From a virus (lineage: Duplodnaviria; Caudoviricetes), in IMG/VR virus record IMGVR_UViG_3300038797_000099, positions 1 to 52,892 of that record: 52,892 nt of DNA; one strand, written 5' to 3'. The notes under the pieces were generated by a model that saw only the letters and a list, made by a program, of their open reading frames with translations, did not search any database and was not told the DNA's origin. Positions 25,710 through 35,865 of this stretch are shown piece after piece. The position numbers were made by a program, and so were the translations under genes. Each line of letters begins with the position of its first letter. The first letter of the stretch is position 1.

Positions 25710-26015
25710 ATGACCGGAAAGATTCTCGAGTTCAAGCCGCAGGAGGCGCCGCATTCGGCCGGCGAGGCCATCTGCTCGAACTGTAAGCATGAGTGGGTGG
25801 CTGTAGCGCCCGCTGGATGCCGCAATCTCGAATGCCCGTCCTGCAGCTCTCACCGTGGTGTATTCAAGTGGCCGTATGGCCCGAGCGAGGGAGAGGAGGG
25901 CTACCAGTGCAACTGTGGCTCCGACGACTTCTTCATCATGCGTCGTGGAACCCAAGCGAACGGCGCTGTGTTCTGCCGAGGCTGTGGCACAGAGGCCACT
26001 GGCTGGTTTGAGTAG
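25710..26015 (+). CDS. Multi-zinc-finger small protein
   Basis: CSNC, CPSC, CNC, CRGC. Confidence 0.7.
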   Translation: MTGKILEFKPQEAPHSAGEAICSNCKHEWVAVAPAGCRNLECPSCSSHRGVFKWPYGPSEGEEGYQCNCGSDDFFIMRRGTQANGAVFCRGCGTEATGWFE

Positions 26016-26017
26016 AG

Positions 26018-26647
26018 GTGAGTATGGGCAGGCCAATGCCTCCGGAGTCGTTGCTCGACCTGTCTGAGCTATCGAACTACGGTATTCGCCTGGTTCCTGC
26101 TCCCGAGGTCTGGGAGTGGCTCCAATCCGAGATCCTCGCCGACACCGGCAGCATCCACAACGAAGACCATGCCCATCTGATCGATGCGGACATTCGAGTG
26201 ATGTGGGCGTCTGCCGCCTTCACGAAGAAAGGTCGCACGGTAGTAGGTCAGGCCGAGCAGGTAGCGTTCCGCGTGGGTGGTTGGCAGAAAGCCCGGATGG
26301 AGCAGCAGATGTTGGGTTGGTTCGGCGACGTGCCGGCCTACATCATCACCCTGGCTGCCGATTACTGCGCTCAGTGCAGTGACGCTGACTTCTGCGCACT
26401 GGTCGAACATGAGCTGTACCACATCGCTCAAGCGACCGATCAGTACGGTGCACCCAAGTTCACCCAGGCAGGATTGCCCAAGCTTGAGATGCGCGGACAC
26501 GACGTTGAAGAGTTCATCGGTGTAGTGCGTCGGTATGGGGCGAGCCCTCAAGTGCAAGAGCTGGTGGACGCTGCAAACAATCCTGCCGAGGTAGGGAAAT
26601 TGAACATATCGAGGGCCTGCGGAACCTGTCTGCTCAAGTCGGCCTGA
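26018..26647 (+). CDS. Phage putative metallopeptidase
   Basis: LVEHELYH (HExxH) ... HDVEEF. Confidence 0.85.
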   Translation: MSMGRPMPPESLLDLSELSNYGIRLVPAPEVWEWLQSEILADTGSIHNEDHAHLIDADIRVMWASAAFTKKGRTVVGQAEQVAFRVGGWQKARMEQQMLGWFGDVPAYIITLAADYCAQCSDADFCALVEHELYHIAQATDQYGAPKFTQAGLPKLEMRGHDVEEFIGVVRRYGASPQVQELVDAANNPAEVGKLNISRACGTCLLKSA

Positions 26648-26677
26648 CTTTGACAGTACTTTGACGGATGCCCACTT

Positions 26678-27154
26678 ATGGCCGCACTCAGAGACGAGGT
26701 GAAAGCCTTTGTTGTACAGGCTCTCGCCTGCTTTGACACGCCATCGCAAGTGGTGGCGTCCGTCAAAGAAAGATTCGGGCTCGAAGTTACCCGCCAACAG
26801 TGCGAGGCATACGACCCAACCAAGTACGTTGGACGCAACCTGCACTTGAAGTGGCAGACGCTGTTCAACGACACCCGCAAGAGGTTTCGCGAAGAGACGG
26901 CAGAGATTCCGATCGCCAACCGAGCGTATCGACTTCGCACCTTGGGGCGCATGGCCGAAAAGGCCGAGAACATGAAGAACATGGCGCTGACTGCCCAGTT
27001 GCTGGAGCAGGCAGCCAAAGAAGTGGGCGATGTGTATGTGAATCGCCGCCTCGAACCTGAAAAACCTCTGGGCTCCCAAGCGGACCAGCAGCACGCCGTT
27101 GCTGAGTACACCCTGGAGCCTGATGAGAATGTCCCCGCTACCCCGTACCTATGA
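26678..27154 (+). CDS. terS: Terminase small subunit (DUF2280-like)
   Basis: ALACFDTPSQV...EQAAKEVG; precedes TerL. Confidence 0.85.
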   Translation: MAALRDEVKAFVVQALACFDTPSQVVASVKERFGLEVTRQQCEAYDPTKYVGRNLHLKWQTLFNDTRKRFREETAEIPIANRAYRLRTLGRMAEKAENMKNMALTAQLLEQAAKEVGDVYVNRRLEPEKPLGSQADQQHAVAEYTLEPDENVPATPYL

Positions 27155-28454
27155 CCCGCCGGTAAAGCTGACGCCGAAACAGGCGAACATCTACTGCTGG
27201 GGCTTCCAGCCACAAGCGCGATTCCGCGATGCGGTGTGTGGTCGACGGTTTGGCAAGACGTTCTTGGGTAAGGCTGAGATGCGACGCGCTGCTCGGCTGG
27301 CTGCTGAGTGGGGTGTGAGCGTCGAGGACGAGATCTGGTACGGCGCGCCGACGTTCAAGCAGGCCAAGCGCGTGTTCTGGCGTCGGCTGAAGCAGGCAAT
27401 CCCTGAAGCGTGGCGTGCACACCGTCCGAACGAAACGGAATGCTCGATCACGCTCAAGTCTGGTCACGTCATGCGCGTGGTAGGACTCGACAATTACGAC
27501 AACTTGCGCGGCTCCGGTCTGTTCTTCGTCTTGGTGGATGAATGGGCGGACTGCCCGTGGGAAGCATGGGAAGAAGTACTTCGGCCGATGCTGTCGACCT
27601 GTCAGTACACGATTCCAGGTGTCGGCGTGCGCAAGGGCGGCCATGCGCTGCGGATTGGTACACCGAAAGGCTTCAACCACTGCTACGACACGTACCTGGA
27701 CGGCAAGCCAGGTGGCGAGCCTGATCACAAGAGTTGGCAGTACACGTCATTGCAGGGTGGCAACGTTCCTCCCGAAGAGCTTGACGCTGCCCGCCGGAAG
27801 ATGGATCCGCGCACCTTCCGGCAAGAGTACGAGGCCGGCTTCGAGAACTACGCGGGCGTTGTCTACTACACGTTCAATCGCGACGAGTGCCGAACCAGCG
27901 AGCGAATCAAGCCGGGCGAGGCGTTGCACATCGGTATGGACTTCAACGTCATGAAAATGTCTGCCGTCGTCTATGTCGTGCGTGACGACCTGCCAATGGC
28001 CTTGGATGAGTTTCACGGTGTGCGGGACACGCCGGAGATGATCGAGAAGATCCAGACACGGTTCCCTGGGCACTCGGTGGCGGTCTATCCCGACGCAAGC
28101 GGGCAGAACACCAGCAGCAAAAACGCGAGCGAGTCCGACCTGTCGCTACTGAAGAAGGCCGGGTTCACAGTTGTCGTTGATTCAACCAACCCTGGCGTTA
28201 AGGATCGCGTTAACTCTGTGAACGCCATGTTCCTGAACACTTATGGTGAGCGCCGCCTGAAGGTCAATATTGATCAATGCCCACAGCTAATGCTGTGCCT
28301 TGAACGACAGACCTACACCGACAAGGGTGAGCCGGACAAAGATCCGAAGAAGGGTCACGACCACATGAACGATGCCGCCGGCTACTTCATTGCCAAGCGC
28401 TACCCGATCAAAACACGCACAGGCGGAACACGCCGAATTGGAGGCTTGGCCTGA
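27129..28454 (+). CDS. terL: Terminase large subunit
   Basis: GRRFGKT Walker A, LVDE Walker B, GMDFN nuclease, DHMNDA. Confidence 0.95.
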   Translation: MSPLPRTYDPPVKLTPKQANIYCWGFQPQARFRDAVCGRRFGKTFLGKAEMRRAARLAAEWGVSVEDEIWYGAPTFKQAKRVFWRRLKQAIPEAWRAHRPNETECSITLKSGHVMRVVGLDNYDNLRGSGLFFVLVDEWADCPWEAWEEVLRPMLSTCQYTIPGVGVRKGGHALRIGTPKGFNHCYDTYLDGKPGGEPDHKSWQYTSLQGGNVPPEELDAARRKMDPRTFRQEYEAGFENYAGVVYYTFNRDECRTSERIKPGEALHIGMDFNVMKMSAVVYVVRDDLPMALDEFHGVRDTPEMIEKIQTRFPGHSVAVYPDASGQNTSSKNASESDLSLLKKAGFTVVVDSTNPGVKDRVNSVNAMFLNTYGERRLKVNIDQCPQLMLCLERQTYTDKGEPDKDPKKGHDHMNDAAGYFIAKRYPIKTRTGGTRRIGGLA

Positions 28455-29914
28455 TGCCAGTGCAATCGACAAACCCCGACTACGACGCGCACATCGCCGA
28501 ATGGGAAATGATGGACGACGCGCTCGAGGGTGAGTGCGCCGTCAAGCGCAACGAGCGCAACCTGCCCAAGCCGAGCGGCATGGTCGAAGCTGAGAAGCTC
28601 GACGCCACCGGCAACAAGTACCTCTACGAGAACTACACGGACCGGGCTCAGTACGAGCACTGGGTGCGCGATTCGCTGCGGTCAATGATGGGGCTGGTTT
28701 CCCGGCTGATTCCGGAGATTGAGCTGCCCACCGGCCTGAAGGGGATCGAGGACAATGCCACTTCCGACGGCTTCGGCCTGAAGCAACTTTTCTTCCGCAT
28801 GGTTCGCCAGGCTATTTCACACGGTCGTGTCCCGCTGGTGGTGAACATCGATGAGCGCGGCGAACCGTATTTCTCGACGTACGCCACGCGCAACGCGATC
28901 AACTGGGACACGGCTGATCAAGGCGGTCGCCAAGACCTGGTGCTTTCGGTGTTCCGTGAGTTCCGTAAGAAGGGTGGCGACCGCTACACCCATGACTGCG
29001 ACACGGTGTTCCGTGAGTTCTTCATGCAAGGCGAGACCTGTTACACCGCCGTGCGGAACGAAGGTGGCCAGATCGTCGAGGAGGAGAAACCTCTGGGCAC
29101 CACTGGCACCGACAACCGACTGGTCAAAGGCCTGTCCTACCTACCGGTGATCTATTGCGGCTCGACCGACAACTCGCCTGAAGTGGACGAGGTGCCGCTG
29201 CTCACAATGGCGCGGGCCGCGCTGAAGTCCTACCAGCTGAGCGCTGACTACTTCACTGCGTTACACCAGACCAGCCATCCGCAACCATGGGTGTCTGGTC
29301 TTGATGATTCTGTAGAGCTGAGCGTGACCGGACCATCTGCAGCATGGGACCTCGGTCCATCCGGTCAATGTGGCTATCTAGAGTTCCAGGGTGCCGGGAT
29401 TGAAGCCGTCCGCAAGGCAATGGATGACCAGAAGAACGCCGCGCTTGAAGCCGGCGCCAAGGTCATGGATGTCGGCGGTACCGAGTCGGGTGAGGCGCGT
29501 AAAACACGTCAGAACGACCAGCACGCCACGTTGCACAGCATTGTCGTGACGGTTGCAGAGGCAGTGGAGCAGGGTCTGCGGTACGCGGCTGAGTGGAAGG
29601 GTTACGACCCCAAACAAGTCAAGTTCAAAGTGAGCCCTGAGTTTGTGACACCAGTGGTCGATGCTCAGGTGCTGGCTGAGCTGCTCAAGGGCGTGATGGC
29701 TGGCACGATCAGCGCCGACACCTACTGGCAGTACCTCACCACCGGCAAGTTGCCGGATCGCCCATACGAAGACGAAGCCGACCTGATCAGCGATGAGCGC
29801 GAGTCGGCCGGCATCAACCTGGATAAAGACGATGCCAACGACAAACCTGGCGCAGGCGGACAGCCAACTGCTGGAGCAGACGACGCGCCACTCGGTAATG
29901 CTGGAGCGGCTTAA
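28454..29914 (+). CDS. Portal protein (DUF4055-like)
   Basis: 486 aa after TerL; SADY...HQTSHPQ, ESGEA motifs. Confidence 0.88.
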   Translation: MPVQSTNPDYDAHIAEWEMMDDALEGECAVKRNERNLPKPSGMVEAEKLDATGNKYLYENYTDRAQYEHWVRDSLRSMMGLVSRLIPEIELPTGLKGIEDNATSDGFGLKQLFFRMVRQAISHGRVPLVVNIDERGEPYFSTYATRNAINWDTADQGGRQDLVLSVFREFRKKGGDRYTHDCDTVFREFFMQGETCYTAVRNEGGQIVEEEKPLGTTGTDNRLVKGLSYLPVIYCGSTDNSPEVDEVPLLTMARAALKSYQLSADYFTALHQTSHPQPWVSGLDDSVELSVTGPSAAWDLGPSGQCGYLEFQGAGIEAVRKAMDDQKNAALEAGAKVMDVGGTESGEARKTRQNDQHATLHSIVVTVAEAVEQGLRYAAEWKGYDPKQVKFKVSPEFVTPVVDAQVLAELLKGVMAGTISADTYWQYLTTGKLPDRPYEDEADLISDERESAGINLDKDDANDKPGAGGQPTAGADDAPLGNAGAA

Positions 29915-30944
29915 GGCCGGCGAGGTCAAGAAGTTCGAGAAGTACCTTCGCCAGATCGACACGCTTGTGCGGGTGCAGTTGACGCGCAGGGAGCTGACCA
30001 CCTACAGCCGGGACCGCCTTGAGCAGTTCCTGGCCCGAGTGGACGGTAAGCTGCTGGATATCTACAAGACCTACGGCGATCTGGTGCAGGCCGATCTGGT
30101 CGATATCGCTCTGTACGAGTCGACCTTCGAGGCCAATAGCCTGAGCAGTGCGCTGTCCATCGATGCGGTGGTGCCGAGCAACACAGTGATCCGCGCGGCG
30201 GTGTTTTCCTATCCGCTACAGGTGAAAGGCATCGACGGCGGCAAGCTGCTGAAGCATTTCGTCAGTGGCTGGACGCGCACGGAGACAATGCGCGTCACCA
30301 ACACCATTCGCCTCGGCTTCGGTCAGGGTCAAACGAACGCGCAGATCATTCAGGCGATTCGCGGCACAGCAGCTCAAAACTTCACGGACGGTGTCTTGGC
30401 GGTGAGCAACCGCAACGCCGCATCCGTGGTGCAGACCGCAATCCAGCATGTGGCCACGACGTCGCGAATGGAGACGCTGAAAGCCAACAGCGACGTGGTA
30501 CTAGGCTATCGCTGGGTTTCGACGCTCGACCGCAAGACCTCGCAGCAGTGCAAGGGCCTGGATGGCATGCGCTTCGACCTGGGCAAAGGGCCGCTGCCGC
30601 CGGCGCACATTAACTGCCGGTCAACCACCGTGCCGACGACCCGGCTTTCCGAGATGTTCGCCGAGGACGCCACGCGTGCTTCGGTGGGCGACAATGGCGG
30701 GGCGCAGGTCGATGCCAGCCTGAACTATTACGAGTGGCTGGCAACGCAGCCGGCGAGTTTCCAAGATCATGCGCTCGGCCCGGTGCGGGCCAAGTTGTTC
30801 CGTGATGGAGGACTGACTCCGGAGAAGTTCGCCAAGCTTCAGCTCGACAAGTCGTTCAAGCCGCTGACGCTGGCGCAACTGAAAGCCGCTGAGCCGGACA
30901 TGTTCATCCGTGCAGGCGTTACACTCGGCGCTCCACCGGGTTGA
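29832..30944 (+). CDS. Minor head morphogenesis protein (SPP1 gp7/Mu F)
   Basis: STLDRKTS..C, PPAHINCRS. Confidence 0.88.
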   Translation: MPTTNLAQADSQLLEQTTRHSVMLERLKAGEVKKFEKYLRQIDTLVRVQLTRRELTTYSRDRLEQFLARVDGKLLDIYKTYGDLVQADLVDIALYESTFEANSLSSALSIDAVVPSNTVIRAAVFSYPLQVKGIDGGKLLKHFVSGWTRTETMRVTNTIRLGFGQGQTNAQIIQAIRGTAAQNFTDGVLAVSNRNAASVVQTAIQHVATTSRMETLKANSDVVLGYRWVSTLDRKTSQQCKGLDGMRFDLGKGPLPPAHINCRSTTVPTTRLSEMFAEDATRASVGDNGGAQVDASLNYYEWLATQPASFQDHALGPVRAKLFRDGGLTPEKFAKLQLDKSFKPLTLAQLKAAEPDMFIRAGVTLGAPPG

Positions 30945-30952
30945 GAAAGCCG

Positions 30953-31435
30953 ATGCATATCATTGTTGAAGACGGAAAGGGCAGACCGGACGCAAATAGC
31001 TTCGTGCCGCTGGAGAAGCTGACCTTCTACCGCGACTACTACGGGTTCCGGATACCTGAAGCAGAGGTCGAGCAGGTCGGACTGCTGCTGCGCGCTGCCG
31101 CCGACATCAACGGTCGACAGTGGAAGGGACGCAAGGCAAATCCTGCCCAAGCGATGGCCTGGCCCCGGCGTGACTGCAAGATCGAATACCAGACGCTGTC
31201 CGAAACGTTCGTGCCCTTCGAGATTGAGTGGGGGCAGGTGCGGCTGGCTGTTGAGTTGTATGCCGACGAGCAGGGCTTCCGGATCGAAGAGCCGACGCAT
31301 TGCACTGAGCCGAATGGCCGGCGCACGCGGTTGAATCGCGATACGCCGGGTTTTCGTATGCGACCTCCGCCATACGCGCCGAGTAGGACGCAGTTTGCAG
31401 ATTACTTGGTAATGCGCGGTTTATACCTCGCATAG
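30953..31435 (+). CDS. DnaT-like / head-tail connector-like protein
   Basis: IIVEDGKG.PDANSFV...W.G.K....Q...WPR pattern. Confidence 0.7.
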   Translation: MHIIVEDGKGRPDANSFVPLEKLTFYRDYYGFRIPEAEVEQVGLLLRAAADINGRQWKGRKANPAQAMAWPRRDCKIEYQTLSETFVPFEIEWGQVRLAVELYADEQGFRIEEPTHCTEPNGRRTRLNRDTPGFRMRPPPYAPSRTQFADYLVMRGLYLA

Positions 31436-31474
31436 CAAGATCGCCCGGCGTTTTTGGCACCGGGCGACATGAGC

Positions 31475-32098
31475 TTACTTCAGGAAGGCTGGCTTGTAGC
31501 AATCGTCGAGGAACCAGTAACGATTGATGGATGGGCCTTTATGCGGGTTAGCCTTCAGAAACTTAACTACCTCGCTTTCGACAATTTCGAGGCATTTCAC
31601 CGTGCGACTGTATTTGTGCAGGTCCTCCTCTTTGACCAAGGCTTCATCGCGCTTAAAAGGCTGACCCTCCTTCAACTTGGCCTGGTCAAAGCGAACCTCT
31701 TTGAACATCTTGGTTTCCACCAATGCGGCAATGACCTCGGTCGTTACTTGCATTGTGTTTTTGTACGAAGAATCTTTGGCCAGAAAGCAACCACGGATGA
31801 ACGGTTCGAGGGAAAAGAGCTCAGTCTTCTCGAACTGATCAAAACGTTTCGCGCGCTGGTTGATCGGCATGCTGAGTAATCCAGAGCGTGCCCAGTAGTC
31901 GACGAAGCGAGGAAGATCAATGGCAGCACCTGGACCACCGTTAGGAAGGCGAATGGAACGCCCGTCTTCGCTCAACAAAGATGGTTTTTGAGGAGCGAGT
32001 TGGTCTTCACCTAGCAGCCGCTTATACTCGGCAAAGGGGAGGATCGCGTACAGCGGTTGCTGTGCGTCGTCGTAAATGAATTGTGCTTTTGAGTCCAT
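31475..32098 (-). CDS. Moron with antitoxin-like N-terminus
   Basis: QFIYDDAQQPLYAILPFAEYKRL; AT-richer; upstream palindrome. Confidence 0.7.
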   Translation of the reverse strand: MDSKAQFIYDDAQQPLYAILPFAEYKRLLGEDQLAPQKPSLLSEDGRSIRLPNGGPGAAIDLPRFVDYWARSGLLSMPINQRAKRFDQFEKTELFSLEPFIRGCFLAKDSSYKNTMQVTTEVIAALVETKMFKEVRFDQAKLKEGQPFKRDEALVKEEDLHKYSRTVKCLEIVESEVVKFLKANPHKGPSINRYWFLDDCYKPAFLK

Positions 32099-32238
32099 GT
32101 TTTCACCAAAAGGAAATTTATCAAGGCTGAATTGCCTAGATAATACTCACTGAGCGAGTAGTGATCGCTCAGTGCGTGAATGATCTTCCTTCAGTGAGTA
32201 AAAAACAAGCTTTTTCTTTTACGCGTTTCTTCCCTATC

Positions 32239-32300
32239 GGCCTGCCTTCGCGCAGGCCTTTTTTTCAGAATTCGAACCTCGGCCATGCCGGGGTTTTTTT
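32239..32300 (+). terminator. Two tandem terminators upstream of scaffold gene
   Basis: GGCCTGC..GCAGGCCTTTTTT and CCTCGGC..GCCGGGGTTTTTT. Confidence 0.7.
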
Positions 32301-32342
32301 GTGCCTGCAAAGCGGGCTGACCAAACCCAAGGGGTGCACCAA

Positions 32343-33080
32343 GTGGCAGACGAAAACCAGATTGATCTTGAAGACCCGGCAGTTCAGACCGCCATTGCAG
32401 CAGCTGTTGAGGCTGCGACCTTGGGCCTCAAGAACAAAAATACCGAGCTGCTTGGCTCGCTCCGGACTACCAAAACTGAGCTGGAAGGTTTCAAGTCGCA
32501 GTTCGAAGGTTTGGATATCGCGGCCGTGAAAGGACTGCTGACCAAGGTTGGCCAGGACGAAGAAACCAAGCTGATTGCTGAGGGCAAGCTGGACGAGGTC
32601 ATTACCCGCCGCACCGAGCGCCTGCGCACCGACTACGACACCAAGCTGGCCGCCGAGAAAGCGCGCGCCGACAAGGCCGAGCAATTCGCCGCCAAGTACA
32701 GCGACAAGGTGCTGGCCGATTCCATCCGCGCTGCTGCTATCAAGGCCGGCGCGCTCCCCGAGGCTGCGGAGGACATCATCCTGCGCGCCCGGGGCACTTT
32801 CAAACTCAGTGAAGACGGTGAGGCAATTGCCACCGACCGTGACGGCGAGGTCGTTTACGGAAAGGACGGGAAAACCCCGCTGTCGCCGCTCGAATGGGCG
32901 GAATCGCTGCGTGAAACAGCAACACACCTGTGGCCAAGGGCTCAGGGTGCCGGTCCGACCGGTGATCAAGGTGGCAAGGCCACGAAAAAATGGGGCGAGT
33001 ACACGGAAACCGAGCGCGCTGCGATCGCCCGTGACAACCCCGAGCTGTTCAAGAAAATCCAGGCCACCAAAGGAACCTAA
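32343..33080 (+). CDS. Capsid scaffolding protein
   Basis: GLKNKNTELL coiled coil, directly before capsid; GTG start. Confidence 0.82.
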   Translation: MADENQIDLEDPAVQTAIAAAVEAATLGLKNKNTELLGSLRTTKTELEGFKSQFEGLDIAAVKGLLTKVGQDEETKLIAEGKLDEVITRRTERLRTDYDTKLAAEKARADKAEQFAAKYSDKVLADSIRAAAIKAGALPEAAEDIILRARGTFKLSEDGEAIATDRDGEVVYGKDGKTPLSPLEWAESLRETATHLWPRAQGAGPTGDQGGKATKKWGEYTETERAAIARDNPELFKKIQATKGT

Positions 33081-33083
33081 TTC

Positions 33084-34061
33084 ATGGCAACTACCCAACT
33101 GACCGACATCTTCGTCGGTGACTACTACGCCTCGCTGGAGCCGGTAAACAGCCCGGAGAAAACCGCCGTCTACGAGTCGGGCATCGTTACCCGCTCGCCT
33201 GTCCTGGACGCTATCGCTTCTGGCAGCCAAGGCACCGCCGAGATCAGCTACTGGCAGGATCTCAATGCTGATGAAGCCCCGAACATCAGTAACGATGACC
33301 CGAACGACCAGGGCGAAGTCGGCAAAGTCACTCAGGACAGCATGCGTGCTCGCGTCCTGTACCTCAACAAAGGTTATGGCGTGGCCGACCTGACCGCCGA
33401 ACTGGCGAACAGCGAGCCTCAGCAGCAGATCCGCAACCGCTTCGGCACATACTGGACTCGACAGTGGCAGCGTTACGCTCTCGGCGCAGCGCGCGGCATC
33501 ATCGCCTCGAACATTGCCAACAATGGCGGTGACATGGTGATCGATGCTGGCGCGGCCATCAGCGCGAACGCGTTTCAGGATGCCGCTTTCACTGCCGGCG
33601 ATGCGGCCGACCAGTTCGGCGCGATCGGCGTGCACTCGGTGGTGATGAACCAGATGGTCAAGCAGGACCTCATCGAGTATCTGCGCGATTCCGACGGCAA
33701 GATCATCCTGGCCACCTACCTGGGTAAGCCGGTGTTCATGGACGATGGCTTGGTGTACGGCGCTGGCAAGTACCTGTCGGTGTTCTTCGGCCAAGGCGCG
33801 TTCGGCTACGGCGAAGGCACGCCGAAGGTGCCGGTGGAGATCGAGCGCAAACCGGGCGGCGGTAATGGCGGTGGTGCTGAGGTGCTGTGGGAGCGGAAGA
33901 CCTACATTCTTCAGCCTGCCGGCTTCAGCTGGAAAGGCTCCGAAGCTCAGAACCTCAGCCCGACCGCGACCCAGTATGCCGCTGCTGCGAACTGGGAGCG
34001 CGTGTTCAGCCGCAAGCAGGTCCCATTTGCCGCCGTCATCAGCGGTACCACTACGCCGTAA
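33084..34061 (+). CDS. Major capsid protein
   Basis: 325 aa after scaffold; coat-like motifs (VHSVV, TYLGKPVFMDD, NWERV). Confidence 0.9.
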   Translation: MATTQLTDIFVGDYYASLEPVNSPEKTAVYESGIVTRSPVLDAIASGSQGTAEISYWQDLNADEAPNISNDDPNDQGEVGKVTQDSMRARVLYLNKGYGVADLTAELANSEPQQQIRNRFGTYWTRQWQRYALGAARGIIASNIANNGGDMVIDAGAAISANAFQDAAFTAGDAADQFGAIGVHSVVMNQMVKQDLIEYLRDSDGKIILATYLGKPVFMDDGLVYGAGKYLSVFFGQGAFGYGEGTPKVPVEIERKPGGGNGGGAEVLWERKTYILQPAGFSWKGSEAQNLSPTATQYAAAANWERVFSRKQVPFAAVISGTTTP

Positions 34062-34118
34062 TCCGGCTTTCACTTACCCCGGCTCCCGCAAGGGCGCCGG
34101 GCTGCATTGAGGTGACTC

Positions 34119-34424
34119 ATGAAAGTTATCTACACGGACAAACCGGGCAAAGAGCGCGGCGTGTGCTACCGCCTGCTGAGCGAATTCTTCGGCGTCATTG
34201 GCACCGCCACTGAGGTGGTCATCGAGGGTGATGCGCCTGAAATTTACGATGCATACGAAGCGGCGGGCATCAAAGTTTCGGACGGCAAGGAGCCTGAAAA
34301 TGCCGAAACCGACCCTCTGAAAATGAAGGTGCCGGAGCTGAAAGAGTGGCTGACGGCGAAGGGCATCGCCTTCGACCCAGCCGCCAAGAAAGAAGACCTG
34401 CAGGCCCTGGTGCCAGCGGAATAA
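34119..34424 (+). CDS. Small HeH/LEM-domain protein
   Basis: MKVPELKEWLTAKGIAF..AKKEDL. Confidence 0.78.
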   Translation: MKVIYTDKPGKERGVCYRLLSEFFGVIGTATEVVIEGDAPEIYDAYEAAGIKVSDGKEPENAETDPLKMKVPELKEWLTAKGIAFDPAAKKEDLQALVPAE

Positions 34425-34434
34425 GGACAAGCAC

Positions 34435-34812
34435 ATGACCGACTTCATCACCGTTGCCGATGTTGACGCTTCGCTGGGTCCTGGCTGGGCCGGCACCGGT
34501 GATCCGGTCCTTGCTGTGACCATGGCTAACGCCTGGCTCACGGCCAAGATCAAGCGGGTTGTTCCAGATCCGGTTCCTACCGAGATCAAGACAGCCGGCG
34601 CTCAGATCGCCAAAGAGGCGGCGGCGGGCAAGTTGTACACGGCCACGCAGAAGGAAGTGCAGAGCAAAACGGTTTCGGCTCAGTCCGGAACGTCCGTGAG
34701 CAAGACCTACGTGGCCGGATCTACTGATCAGTCGGCGGGTGTGAACTTCGCCTTGGCGCTACTGGAGCCTTGGATCAAGCGCTCCGGCGTGATGATGCTG
34801 AAAAGGATCTGA
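34435..34812 (+). CDS. Head-tail adaptor
   Basis: FITVADVD..; synteny. Confidence 0.72.
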   Translation: MTDFITVADVDASLGPGWAGTGDPVLAVTMANAWLTAKIKRVVPDPVPTEIKTAGAQIAKEAAAGKLYTATQKEVQSKTVSAQSGTSVSKTYVAGSTDQSAGVNFALALLEPWIKRSGVMMLKRI

Positions 34813-34814
34813 TC

Positions 34815-35207
34815 ATGAGTATGCGCGAAGAGATTCAGGCCGAAATGGCTGTGGCGTTCGACGATCCTGACGGCCTCGCTGACGCGGTCCAACCGGTAGC
34901 GGGTATGCGCAAGGTTTCCGGCGAGTACGACCCCGACCTGGGCGGCGAGACGCCGGAAACAATCGTCACGTACATGGGGCGCGGTGTTTTGGGCAGCTAC
35001 CTGTCCAAGGAAATCGATGGCTCACTGATCCAAACCACCGACAAGAAGCTACTGGTGCTGCAAAACGAGTTGTTCGTGTCAGAGGGCGGGATGCCGACGG
35101 CGGTACCGGCCGCCCCAGCCATCGGCGATATCGTCAACGGGTTGCGGGTGATGAACGTGTCTGCGGACCCTGCTGAAGCAACGTGGACGGCGCAACTGAG
35201 GAAATGA
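34815..35207 (+). CDS. Head closure protein
   Basis: YDPDLG, DPAEATWTAQLR; synteny. Confidence 0.72.
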   Translation: MSMREEIQAEMAVAFDDPDGLADAVQPVAGMRKVSGEYDPDLGGETPETIVTYMGRGVLGSYLSKEIDGSLIQTTDKKLLVLQNELFVSEGGMPTAVPAAPAIGDIVNGLRVMNVSADPAEATWTAQLRK

Positions 35208-35208
35208 C

Positions 35209-35865
35209 ATGGCGAATAAATACGCGAGCATGAACGGCAGCTTCGCCGAGAATATCCGCGACTTCGCCGAGCGCGCTCAAGCCGGAATCGACGCAACCAT
35301 CCGCGAGATCGTGATCGAAATCGGCAGCAGCATTATCCGCATGTCGCCGGTGGGAAATCCTGAAATCTGGGCAGCGAACGTTGCTCACCGCCAGACCAAC
35401 ACCCGCGCAGCCGACGACTATGACTTCAAGGTCGCAGTGCGCAACACGATCATCAACCTCAACGAATCGAACTTCACGAAGGCCGGCAAGCTCCGGCGGG
35501 GTGTTAAGTATGCCAAGCCTCTGACGAAGACCGAGCGCGACCAGAATTTCAATGTGAATGGCCTGGTGGCAGGCAAGGATTACATCGGCGGGCGGTTTCG
35601 TGGGAACTGGCAGCTCTCCATTGGCGCGCCGGCGGAGGGCACGCTCGATCAAGTGGATCCCGCAGGCAGCGTGACCTTGGCCAAATTGCGCCTTCAGGTC
35701 CAGGCACTCACCGCGGGCGAGACGGCCTACATCGTGAATAACCTGCCATATGCGGTGCCTCTAGAGTACGGCCACTCCAAGCAGGCACCGGGCGGCATGG
35801 TGCGTGTCACCCTGGCCCGTTTTCAGCAGATCGTCGACGAAGCCACAAGGAACAACCGGGTATGA
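35209..35865 (+). CDS. HK97 gp10-like neck protein
   Basis: SPV...GRFRGNW, NNLPYAVPLEYGHSKQAP. Confidence 0.85.
   Translation: MANKYASMNGSFAENIRDFAERAQAGIDATIREIVIEIGSSIIRMSPVGNPEIWAANVAHRQTNTRAADDYDFKVAVRNTIINLNESNFTKAGKLRRGVKYAKPLTKTERDQNFNVNGLVAGKDYIGGRFRGNWQLSIGAPAEGTLDQVDPAGSVTLAKLRLQVQALTAGETAYIVNNLPYAVPLEYGHSKQAPGGMVRVTLARFQQIVDEATRNNRV

Noticed and set aside
29832-29914. 83-nt portal / minor head overlap as recoding
   Set aside because: Portal tail is low complexity, alternative ATG exists at 29898, and no slippery site is seen
32265-34073. 602-aa minus-strand ORF
   Set aside because: Antisense shadow of scaffold and capsid genes, expected in GC-rich codon usage
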